A stretch of DNA of 64,000 nt from assembly GCA_035718185.1 (NCBI GenBank), contig DASTHN010000090.1:1227-65226 (forward strand). The letters run 5' to 3'. Source of the stretch: Actinomycetota bacterium (GTDB lineage Bacteria > Actinomycetota > UBA4738 > HRBIN12). Below the pieces are notes generated by a model, which made no database searches, was not told the origin of the DNA, and worked only from the letters and a program-made list of their open reading frames with translations. The translations under genes were made by a program, and so were the position numbers. This document shows positions 9,755-18,023 of this stretch, in pieces (the stretch's first letter is position 1; every line of letters begins with the position of its first letter).

Positions 9755-10485
9755 CCCAGGGCCTGCTCCTCCTGCACGCCTGGCCGCTCGACGCTCGGAT
9801 GTGGGAGCCGCAGCTTCGGGCGTTGCCACCCGACCTGGCGGTCGTCGCCCCGAGCCATCCCGGCTTCGGAGGGACACCGTCGGCCGGACCGGTCATGACG
9901 ATGGCGGCCGGCGCGCGGAACGCGCTGTCCGCCCTCGACGCGGCGGGGATCGACCGGGCGGTCGTGTGCGGCCTGTCGATCGGCGGGTACATGACGTTCG
10001 AGCTGTGGCGGCGCGCCCGCGAGCGGTTCCTCGGCATGGTGCTCGCGAACACCCGGGCCGTCGCCGACACGCCGGAGGGGGTGACGGGACGCCTCGACCT
10101 CGCCGCGCGGCTGCGAGCCGAGGGCAACGTCCTGATCCAGGATCCTCCGAAGCTCCTCGCCCCCGATGCCCCCGCCGATCTGCTCGAGCGGGTCCGCGCG
10201 CTGATCGCGGACCAGTCGGCCGAGTCGATCGCGGCGGCGAGCGCGGGGATGGCCGAGCGCCCCGACTCCACCCCCGACCTGGCCTCGATCGACGTCCCCA
10301 CGCTCGTGATCACCTCGACCGAGGACCAGCTCATCCCGGCGGCGGTGAGCGCCGAGATGGCCTCGCGGATCCCGGGCTCCCGTCTTGAGACGCTCGAGGG
10401 TGTCGGCCACCTCACCAACCTCGAGGCGCCGGAGGCGTTCGACCGCTTGCTGCTCGGGCACCTCGCCGCCTGCGGGCTGGGCTGA
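9751..10485 (+). CDS. Alpha/beta-fold hydrolase
   Basis: 244 aa. GLSIGG nucleophile elbow (GxSxG) and a C-terminal HLTNLE histidine region. 4-nt overlap with the upstream ORF. Confidence 0.7.
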   Translation: MTQGLLLLHAWPLDARMWEPQLRALPPDLAVVAPSHPGFGGTPSAGPVMTMAAGARNALSALDAAGIDRAVVCGLSIGGYMTFELWRRARERFLGMVLANTRAVADTPEGVTGRLDLAARLRAEGNVLIQDPPKLLAPDAPADLLERVRALIADQSAESIAAASAGMAERPDSTPDLASIDVPTLVITSTEDQLIPAAVSAEMASRIPGSRLETLEGVGHLTNLEAPEAFDRLLLGHLAACGLG

Positions 10486-10527
10486 GGCCCACCCGGCCAT
10501 CCACGAGGGCGACCGTAGACTGACCCG

Positions 10528-13182
10528 GTGACCGACCCCACGCGCTTCGCGGCGCGGTATCCGTTCGCGCTCGACGACTTCCAGGTGCGGGCGATCGAGG
10601 CCGTGCATGCGGGCGAGTCCGTGCTGGTGGCGGCGCCCACGGGCTCGGGGAAGACCGTCGTCGCCGAGTTCGCGCTCGAGCGCGCGCTGGAGCGTGGCGG
10701 GAAGTGCTTCTACACGACCCCACTGAAGGCCTTGTCGAACCAGAAGTTCGGCGATCTCGTCGCCCGGCACGGGTCCGCGAAGGTCGGGCTGCTCACCGGG
10801 GACAACGCGATCAATGCGGAGGCGCCGATCGTGATCATGACCACGGAGGTCCTGCGGAACATGCTCTACGAGCAGAGCCGCACGCTCGAGGGGCTGATGT
10901 CCGTGGTCCTCGACGAGGTCCACTACCTCCAGGACCCGTACCGGGGCGCCGTCTGGGAGGAGGTCCTGATCCACCTGCCCCTGTCGGTCTCGGTGGTCTG
11001 CCTGTCCGCCACGATCTCGAACGCGGAGGAGTTCGGAGAGTGGGTCGGGACGCTGCGAGGTGCCACACGGGTCGTGATCGAGGAGCGCCGTCCGGTCCCG
11101 CTCGAGCACCACTACCTGATCGGCCGAGAGCTGCATCCCATGCACGTCGAGCAGGACGGCCACCTGATGCCGAACCCGTACATCGTCTCCCTGGACCGTG
11201 AGGAGGTCCGGTACAAGACGTACTACCGCCGCGGCTCGGGAACCGCGCAGCACCACCGGACGCCTCGGCCCCGCGAGGGGCATCGGCGCGTCTACGTCCC
11301 CCGCCGGGAGGAGGTCGTCGAAACCCTCGCGCAGCACGGGATGCTTCCGGCGATCTACTTCGTCTTCAGCCGGGCGGGCTGTGATCGGAGCGTCGAGTGG
11401 CTCATGGGCTCGGGCGTCAGACTCACCACCCAGGACGAGGCCGAGCGGATCCGCGACTTCACCGAGATGCGCGCCGCGTGGATGGACGAGGACGACCTGC
11501 GGACGCTCGGCTTCTACGGGTTCGCCGAGGCGCTCGCCGCTGGGATCTCGGCGCACCACGCAGGCATGCTGCCGGTCTTCAAGGAGACCGTCGAGGAGCT
11601 GTTCGAGGCCGGCCTCGTGAAGATCGTGTTCGCGACCGAGACGCTCTCCCTGGGCATCAACATGCCCGCCCGATCCGTCGTGATCGAGGATCTGTGGAAG
11701 TTCCAGGGCGAGCGGCACGAGATCCTCACGCCCGGCGAGTACACGCAGCTGACCGGTCGCGCGGGACGCCGAGGGATCGACGACCTGGGGCACGCGGTCG
11801 TCGTCTACCAGCGCCAGGTGCCCTTCGAACGCGTGGCCTCGCTCGCGTCGACGCGCACGTACGAGCTCACGTCGTCCTTCCGCCCCTCGTACAACATGGC
11901 CGTGAACCTGGTCCGGAACTACACGCGTGACCAGGCACGCCATCTGCTGAACTCGTCGTTCGCCCAGTTCCTGGCTGACCGTGGAGTGGTCGCGCTCGAT
12001 CGGCAGCTCGAGCGCTCCGCGGAGGCGCTCGAGGGATATCGGCGGCAGATGCGCTGTCACCTCGGGGACTTCCGGGAGTACTGGCGGCTCCGTGAGAAGG
12101 CGGCGGACATCCGTGAGGAGGCCCGCAAGGGCCGGGAGCGGACACGGTCGGACGCGGTGCGGTCCTCGCTCGGCGCCCTTCGCCCCGGCGATGTGATCTT
12201 CGTCCCGCGGGCCAAGCGGCGAGGGCTCGCGGTGGTCCTGTCGACCCGCGAGGGGCGGCCGACGGTGCTCGCACAGGACCGCAAGTACTTCCGCCTGTCG
12301 GCCCGCGACTTCGAGGACCCGCCCGTCGTGCTGACGAAGGTGCCGCTCCCCAGGTCGGGTGGAGCCCGAAGCGCACGGTACCGCCGCGATCTCGCGGCCC
12401 GCCTGGCCGCGCTGGACGTCCGGCCCCCGCGGCGGTCGCGAGGTGCGCTCGACGCGCGCGCCGAACGCGAGGCGTCGCGGTACGAGCGGCTCGCCGAGGA
12501 GCATCCCTGCAACGGCTGCCCCGACCGAACGACGCACGAGCGATGGGCCGTGCGCGCGAGCGAGCTCGAGCGGCAGATCCGCGGGCTCGAGCGCCGGATC
12601 CGCACGCGGACCGAGACGCTGGCGCGCCAGTTCGAGCGGGTGCTTGCCGTCCTCGAGGAGCTCGGCTATGTGGAGGGGTCCTCGATCCTGCCGAAGGGAC
12701 TCGTGCTCGCGCGGATCTACGGCGAGGGCGACGTGCTCGTCGCGGAGGCCATCGGGGAGGGGCTCCTCGTGGGGCTCTCACCCGCCGAGGCGGCGGCTCT
12801 GGTCTCGACGGTCGTGTACGAGTCGCGTGAGCGCGAACCCCTGCGTGGCGACATGCCCACCTCCGAGGTGGCCGAGCGCTATCGCCGGCTGCGGTCCACG
12901 TGGGCCAGGGTCCGGCGGACCGAGGACGCCCACCAGGTGGAGCTGTGCCGCGAGCTGGACGACGGATTCGCCGGGCCGGTGTTCCACTGGGCGGACGGCA
13001 AGCCGCTCGAGGACGTCCTGCGTGAGACGACGATGGCGCCCGGAGACTTCGTGCGGAACTGCAAGCAGCTGCTGGACCTGCTGCGTCAGATCGCCGAGGT
13101 CGCCCCGGCCGAGACCGGCGCCATCGCTCGCGAGGCTGCGATCGCCGTGAACCGGGGCGTCGTGGCCTACACGGGCGTCTGA
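10528..13182 (+). CDS. helY: Ski2-like DEAD/DExH-box ATP-dependent RNA helicase HelY
   Basis: 884 aa. Walker A AAPTGSGKT, DEVH box, and a C-terminal HelY-type domain. Conserved position after tatC, as mycobacterial helY. Confidence 0.85.
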   Translation: MTDPTRFAARYPFALDDFQVRAIEAVHAGESVLVAAPTGSGKTVVAEFALERALERGGKCFYTTPLKALSNQKFGDLVARHGSAKVGLLTGDNAINAEAPIVIMTTEVLRNMLYEQSRTLEGLMSVVLDEVHYLQDPYRGAVWEEVLIHLPLSVSVVCLSATISNAEEFGEWVGTLRGATRVVIEERRPVPLEHHYLIGRELHPMHVEQDGHLMPNPYIVSLDREEVRYKTYYRRGSGTAQHHRTPRPREGHRRVYVPRREEVVETLAQHGMLPAIYFVFSRAGCDRSVEWLMGSGVRLTTQDEAERIRDFTEMRAAWMDEDDLRTLGFYGFAEALAAGISAHHAGMLPVFKETVEELFEAGLVKIVFATETLSLGINMPARSVVIEDLWKFQGERHEILTPGEYTQLTGRAGRRGIDDLGHAVVVYQRQVPFERVASLASTRTYELTSSFRPSYNMAVNLVRNYTRDQARHLLNSSFAQFLADRGVVALDRQLERSAEALEGYRRQMRCHLGDFREYWRLREKAADIREEARKGRERTRSDAVRSSLGALRPGDVIFVPRAKRRGLAVVLSTREGRPTVLAQDRKYFRLSARDFEDPPVVLTKVPLPRSGGARSARYRRDLAARLAALDVRPPRRSRGALDARAEREASRYERLAEEHPCNGCPDRTTHERWAVRASELERQIRGLERRIRTRTETLARQFERVLAVLEELGYVEGSSILPKGLVLARIYGEGDVLVAEAIGEGLLVGLSPAEAAALVSTVVYESREREPLRGDMPTSEVAERYRRLRSTWARVRRTEDAHQVELCRELDDGFAGPVFHWADGKPLEDVLRETTMAPGDFVRNCKQLLDLLRQIAEVAPAETGAIAREAAIAVNRGVVAYTGV

Positions 13183-13221
13183 GCGCCGTCCGTTGACCTC
13201 GCGGGCGGTAGGATTCGCGCG

Positions 13222-14151
13222 ATGCCGAGTCCGTACGGACCCCTGACGGTGATCGTGAACCCCCATGCGGGCAAGCGACACGTCGGGGAGGAGATCCCGG
13301 AGCTCGAGCGGACCCTGCGCGCCCGCGACCTCCCCTACACGTTGGTGCGGACCGAGGGCAGGGGGGATGCGGTGCGGTTCGCCCGTGAGGCGCTCGAGGC
13401 GGGGAGCCGGTTCGTCGTGGCCGTCGGCGGTGACGGCACGGTCCACGAGGTCGTGAACGGGATGATGGGTCCGGACGGCGTGGCCATCGCGCCCGACGCG
13501 GTGCTCGGGGTCGTCGCCGCCGGCTCCGGGAGCGACTTCATCAGGACGTTCGGGCTGCCCGGGGACGCGAGCCGCGCCTGCTACCACCTGACGGGCGACA
13601 ACACGTACCCCCTGGACGTTGGGGCGGTCACGTACACGACCGTGTCGGGGGAGACCGACACGCGGTACTTCGTCAACGTCGCCGAGGCCGGTCTCGGCGC
13701 CGCGGTGGCCGCTCGGGCAGATCGCATGTCGCCGCGGTTCGGGCAGTCGAAGTACTTCTTCAGCTTCTGGCGGACCCTGCCGGGGTTCCGCCTCGCGACC
13801 GTCCGGGTGCAGGCGGACCGCCGCGTCTACGAGGGCCCCGCCTTCCTGGTGGTGGTCGGGAATGGGCAGTACTACGGGGGCGGGATGAAGGTCTCGCCCC
13901 GCTCGTATCCGGGGGACGGGGTGCTCGATGTCCTGATCTTCAAGGGTCCGAAGACGGACGCGTTCACGCTGCTGCCGAAGATCTACCGGGGCGAGCACAT
14001 CCCGCACGACCACATCGAGGAGCTGCGTGTTCGGCGCTCGCTCACGGTCGAGGCCGACCGGCCCCTGCCCATGGAGGCGGATGGCGAGATCCTCGGCGCC
14101 ACGAAGGCGACCTTCGATGTCGTGCCCCAGGCCCTGCGGATGAAGCTATGA
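13222..14151 (+). CDS. Diacylglycerol-kinase-family lipid kinase (DAGK_cat)
   Basis: 309 aa. VIVNPHAGK...VAVGGDGTVHEVVNG motif of the YegS/DagK-like lipid kinases. Confidence 0.75.
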   Translation: MPSPYGPLTVIVNPHAGKRHVGEEIPELERTLRARDLPYTLVRTEGRGDAVRFAREALEAGSRFVVAVGGDGTVHEVVNGMMGPDGVAIAPDAVLGVVAAGSGSDFIRTFGLPGDASRACYHLTGDNTYPLDVGAVTYTTVSGETDTRYFVNVAEAGLGAAVAARADRMSPRFGQSKYFFSFWRTLPGFRLATVRVQADRRVYEGPAFLVVVGNGQYYGGGMKVSPRSYPGDGVLDVLIFKGPKTDAFTLLPKIYRGEHIPHDHIEELRVRRSLTVEADRPLPMEADGEILGATKATFDVVPQALRMKL

Positions 14152-15245
14152 GCCTCGATGGATCGCGCGCCAGGATCGAGCGGGCAACCGCCCAGGCGGC
14201 CGAGGCCGGCCTGGCCGGGCTCTTGGTCACCCCCGGCTCGGACCTCGCGTTCCTGACCGGCTACGACCCGTTGCCGCTCGAGCGGATGACCCTGCTCGTC
14301 CTGACCCCCGATCGCGACCCCGTGCTCCTCGTCCCGGCGCTCGAGCGCCCGGCGGCGCTGACGGCTCCGGGTGCCGAGGCCCTCGACATCGTCGGCTGGG
14401 CGGACGGCGACGACCCCTACGCGGTCGCCGCCGGGCTGGTGTCGTCCGGACGGCTGGCGATCAGCGACCAGGCATGGGCGTCCCACGTGATCGGGCTGCA
14501 GCACGCCGCGCCGGAGGCGACCCTCACGACGATCGCATCGGCGATCCCGCTGCTCCGCGCCGTGAAGGACGAGGACGAGCTGGTGCGCCTCCGAGCGGCG
14601 GGCGCCGCCGCCGACGCCGCGTTCGCCGACATCGTCACGATGCGCTTCGAGGGCCGGTCCGAGCTGGAGGTCGCGGGCGACGTGGCGGAGGCGCTCCGGG
14701 CGCACGGCCACCAGACCGTGGACTTCACGATCGTGGGCGCCGGTCCGAACGGCGCCTCACCGCACCACGACGCCGGCGAGCGGACGATCGAGGCGGGGGA
14801 GGCCGTCGTGTTGGATATCGGTGGGCACATGGATGGCTACTGCTCCGACATCAGCCGAACCGTCGCGGTAGGCGAGCCGAGCGACGAGCTCCGCCGGGTG
14901 CACGCGATCGTGCAGGCGGCACAGCAGGCCGGCGTCGACGCCGTCCGTCCCGGCCTGCCGTGTGAGGAGGTCGACGCCGCCGCGCGTGCGGTCATCGAGG
15001 CGGCAGGCTTCGGCGAGCGGTTCATCCATCGGACCGGCCATGGGATCGGGATGGACGTGCACGAGCCGCCCTACATCGTGGCCGGCAACGCGACACCGCT
15101 ACAGCCGGGGATGACGTTCTCGGTGGAGCCGGGGATCTACCTGCCGGGTCGGCTCGGCGTCCGGATCGAGGACATCGTGGCGGTGACCGAGGACGGCGCC
15201 GAGCGCTTCAACCACGCCCCGCGCGGGCTGACGATCGTCCACTGA
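14148..15245 (+). CDS. pepE: M24 family Xaa-Pro aminopeptidase/dipeptidase
   Basis: 365 aa. Metal-binding motifs DIGG...DISRT, HGIGMDVHE and SVEPGIY typical of the M24B pita-bread fold. Confidence 0.8.
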   Translation: MSLDGSRARIERATAQAAEAGLAGLLVTPGSDLAFLTGYDPLPLERMTLLVLTPDRDPVLLVPALERPAALTAPGAEALDIVGWADGDDPYAVAAGLVSSGRLAISDQAWASHVIGLQHAAPEATLTTIASAIPLLRAVKDEDELVRLRAAGAAADAAFADIVTMRFEGRSELEVAGDVAEALRAHGHQTVDFTIVGAGPNGASPHHDAGERTIEAGEAVVLDIGGHMDGYCSDISRTVAVGEPSDELRRVHAIVQAAQQAGVDAVRPGLPCEEVDAAARAVIEAAGFGERFIHRTGHGIGMDVHEPPYIVAGNATPLQPGMTFSVEPGIYLPGRLGVRIEDIVAVTEDGAERFNHAPRGLTIVH

Positions 15246-15262
15246 GCGGGTCCGCTCGGGGA

Positions 15263-16651
15263 TCAGACCCTGGGGCGGACCTTGGTCCCCTCCGCGGTAT
15301 CCATGACCTCCAGCCCCAACGCCGCGAGCCGGTCCCGGATCCGGTCCGCCGTCGCGAAGTCCCTGGCCGCGCGGGCCGCGTCGCGGTCGGCGACGAGGGC
15401 GCGCATCTCGTCCGTGGGAGCCCAGCCCGCGACCGCGTCGCGCTCGAGGTCCAGCCCGAGCACCGCGTCCCACGCGGCGAGGAGCGCGTACCGCTCGGCG
15501 CCGGGCAGGTCGCTCGAGATGGTCTCGTTCAAGACCACCAGCGCCTGCGGCATGTTGAGGTCGTCGGCCACCGCCTCCCGGAAACGAGCGTCCAGCGCCG
15601 AGGCCGCGGCCGAGGGCGCCTGGGCGGGGCCGCCCCACTCGGCCATGCGCTGGCGTAGACGTTTCACGTGCTGGTCCGCGGCGCGCATCGCCTCCTCCGA
15701 GAAGTCCATCTCGCTCCGGTACCGCGTCTGGAACGTGAGGTACCGGAACGAGAGCGGATCGAAGCCCATCGCCTCCAGGTCCCCGATGCGCACGATGTTG
15801 CCGGTGGACTTCGCCATCTTCTGACCCGTGAGACGGAGGTGGCCGCCGTGGACCCAGATCGAGACGACCGGGTGGCCCACCGCCCCCTCGGACTGGGCTA
15901 TCTCGTCCTCGTGGTGCGGGAAGACGAGGTCGACCCCGCCGGTGTGGATGTCGAACCGCTCGCCCAGGTACTTCATCGACATCGCCGAGCACTCCACGTG
16001 CCACCCGGGGAAGCCGTCGCCCCACGGGCTGTCCCACTTCATGAGGCGCTTCGGGCCCGCCGTCTTCCACAGCGCGAAGTCGGCGTGGAACCGCTTGTCG
16101 GGATCGACCGCGACCTCCTGCCGGTGCCCGGCCCGCAGCTGCTCGAGGGTGTTGCCGGAGAGCTTCCCGTAGCCGGGGAACGACTGGAGGTCGTAGTAGA
16201 TCGTCCCCCCGACCTCGTAGGCGTGACCGGTGGCGAGGAGGCGATCGGTGAGCTCGAGCATCTCCGCGATGTGCTCGGTCGCCTTGGGATAGACGTGTGC
16301 CGGCTGGATACCCACCTTCGCCGTGTCGTCGAGGAAGGCCTGCGTGTACTTCTCGGCGATCTCGAGCGGCGTGAGGCCCTCGTCGGCGACGGCGATGTCC
16401 ATGCGGTCGCGGCCGGCATCGGAGGTGTCGTCGGTCATGTGGCCGACGTCGGTGATGTTCAGGACCTGGGTGACCCGGTAGCCCTCGAACTCGAGCCCGC
16501 GGCGGACGAGATCTGCGAGCAGGAACGTCCGGAGGTTCCCGATGTGCGCGTAACGGTAGACGGTGGGGCCGCAGGTGTACATGCGGACGTGCCGGTCGTC
16601 CACGGGGGCGACCTCGTCGACGCGCCGCGTGAGCGTGTTGAACAGACGCAC
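15263..16651 (-). CDS. cysS: Cysteinyl-tRNA synthetase
   Basis: 462 aa. MYTCGPTVYRYAHIGNLRT (HIGH region), KMAKSTGN (KMSKS), and a C-terminal DALR/anticodon-binding-like tail. Length favours CysS over MshC. Confidence 0.85.
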   Translation of the reverse strand: MRLFNTLTRRVDEVAPVDDRHVRMYTCGPTVYRYAHIGNLRTFLLADLVRRGLEFEGYRVTQVLNITDVGHMTDDTSDAGRDRMDIAVADEGLTPLEIAEKYTQAFLDDTAKVGIQPAHVYPKATEHIAEMLELTDRLLATGHAYEVGGTIYYDLQSFPGYGKLSGNTLEQLRAGHRQEVAVDPDKRFHADFALWKTAGPKRLMKWDSPWGDGFPGWHVECSAMSMKYLGERFDIHTGGVDLVFPHHEDEIAQSEGAVGHPVVSIWVHGGHLRLTGQKMAKSTGNIVRIGDLEAMGFDPLSFRYLTFQTRYRSEMDFSEEAMRAADQHVKRLRQRMAEWGGPAQAPSAAASALDARFREAVADDLNMPQALVVLNETISSDLPGAERYALLAAWDAVLGLDLERDAVAGWAPTDEMRALVADRDAARAARDFATADRIRDRLAALGLEVMDTAEGTKVRPRV

Positions 16652-16708
16652 GGCCGGCAGTCTATCGTCGGTTCCACCGCCGGTCCCGGCGGGGACCGGC
16701 CGGCCGGC

Positions 16709-17152
16709 TCACGGGACCAGCGGCCTACTCTCGAACGGGATCGAGAGCACCACGGTGGTGCGCGTCTGGACGGCGCCCATCTCCCGGAGACGTCGGATCA
16801 GGTCCTCGAGGCGTTCGGGGGTCCGCGCGCGCACCTTCAGGATGTAGTTCGCCTCTCCGGCGACGCTGTAGCAGTCCTCGACCTCGGGGAAGCTCTCGAC
16901 ACGCTCCGGCAGGTCGTCGGGCTGGCTCGGGTCGAGCGGCGTGACGGCGATCAGGGCGGTGACGTCCAAACCGAGCGCGTGCGGATCGAGCTCGGCGCGG
17001 TAAGCACGGATCACGCCCGCATGCTCGAGCTTGCGGACGCGCTCGTGGACGGAAGAGGGGGACAGGCCTGCGTGGCGGCCGATGTCCGCATAGGTCGCCC
17101 GGGCGTCCTCCTGCAGCGCCGCGAGGATCGCGAGGTCGCGCTCGTCCAGCAC
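16709..17152 (-). CDS. Lrp/AsnC family transcriptional regulator
   Basis: HTH plus RAM domain (VLDERDLAILAALQEDARATYADIGRHAGLSPSSVHERVRKLEHAGVIRAYRAEL...). GTG start at 17152 was chosen. The 208-aa ORF-track version has an R/P-rich, non-protein-like N-terminus. Confidence 0.75.
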   Translation of the reverse strand: MLDERDLAILAALQEDARATYADIGRHAGLSPSSVHERVRKLEHAGVIRAYRAELDPHALGLDVTALIAVTPLDPSQPDDLPERVESFPEVEDCYSVAGEANYILKVRARTPERLEDLIRRLREMGAVQTRTTVVLSIPFESRPLVP

Positions 17153-17288
17153 GGGGGCATCGTACCCCCGGCTCGGTCGGCGGAACGGCGAACCACCCGG
17201 CCGGCGGATTGTGGAGCGGGCTGGCGGCGTGCGAGCATCGGCGGGTCCGTCGCGGGCCCACCCTCCCTCGGGCCGGGGGAGGGGAGAG

Positions 17289-18011
17289 GTGCTCGAACGG
17301 CAGATCCGGCCGGTGCGGCTCGTGCCGGAGCCCAAGCCGGGCGGCGTCCGTGTGCTCGCGCACCTCGATCCGGTCGCGGCTGCGGGATATGCGGCGGCCG
17401 TCGCCCCGCTCGTGGAGGCGATCGAGTCCGCGCTGCTCCCGAACGTCGTCGCGAACCGGGTAGCCGAGGTCCGGACGCGGCCGCCGGCGATCCGCCTGGA
17501 GGCATGGGCGGGCGCACGCGGCCGGTTCCGGGTGCTCGTGGAGCATCTGGCCGCAACTGCCGGCGGGGCCCTCGTGACGGACGTGCGCGACTTCTACGGG
17601 TCCATCGCGCCACCGGTGCTCGCGCGAGCCCTGGACCGCGTCGGCTGTGGGGCGATGGACGTCCGGCGCGCCGTCGACGCCGTGCGACGGATGTCCGTTC
17701 ACGGCGTCCGGGGGCTGCCGATCGGGCCCGAGGCCTCGGCCGTGCTCGCCAACGCGGTGCTGGTCGCCGTCGACCGTGACCTGGCGTCCGCCGGGTTCCA
17801 ACACGTCCGTTGGGTGGACGACCTCGTCGTGTTCACACCGGATCCCGCGGGAGCCGGCGCGGCGCTCGAGGTGGTGACCCGAGCGCTCGCTCTGCTGCGT
17901 CTGCGACCCGCGCCGGAGAAGACCCGGGTGGTCGACGATGCCCGGTCGCTCGTCCTGGGGACGACGGTCGCCTCGGGTGCGCAGCCGCGCTCGGGTCGCG
18001 TCAGAGGGTAA
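17289..18011 (+). CDS. Reverse-transcriptase-like protein (RT motifs 1-7, no thumb/X domain), about 240 aa
   Basis: GTG 17289 is preceded by GGGGAGGGGAGAG. Motifs seen: RPVRLVPEPKPGGVRVLAHLDPV (RT1/2, IPK-GG-RxL type), TDVRDFYGSI (motif A), GLPIGPEASAVLANAVLVAVD (motif B'), VRWVDDLVVF (motif C with DD), LALLRLRPAPEKTRVV (motif 6), VLG (motif 7), then stop. Host-like GC3. Divergent from the Lrp gene and 12 nt upstream of the amidohydrolase ORF. Confidence 0.6.
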   Translation: MLERQIRPVRLVPEPKPGGVRVLAHLDPVAAAGYAAAVAPLVEAIESALLPNVVANRVAEVRTRPPAIRLEAWAGARGRFRVLVEHLAATAGGALVTDVRDFYGSIAPPVLARALDRVGCGAMDVRRAVDAVRRMSVHGVRGLPIGPEASAVLANAVLVAVDRDLASAGFQHVRWVDDLVVFTPDPAGAGAALEVVTRALALLRLRPAPEKTRVVDDARSLVLGTTVASGAQPRSGRVRG

Positions 18012-18023
18012 TCTCCGCATCGC

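Noticed and set aside
9721-12537. 938-aa minus-strand ORF antisense to helY
   Set aside because: Same GC artefact. helY on the plus strand has clear helicase motifs.
16709-17335. N-terminal extensions in the ORF track (Lrp 208 aa, cmk 325 aa, aroA 766 aa, scpB 370 aa, scpA 471 aa, gcvH 618 aa, pyrG 849 aa, deoB 450 aa, GT4 490 aa)
   Set aside because: The upstream portions are compositionally non-protein-like and overlap neighbouring genes. Internal ATG/GTG starts were located by eye and match the expected family N-termini.
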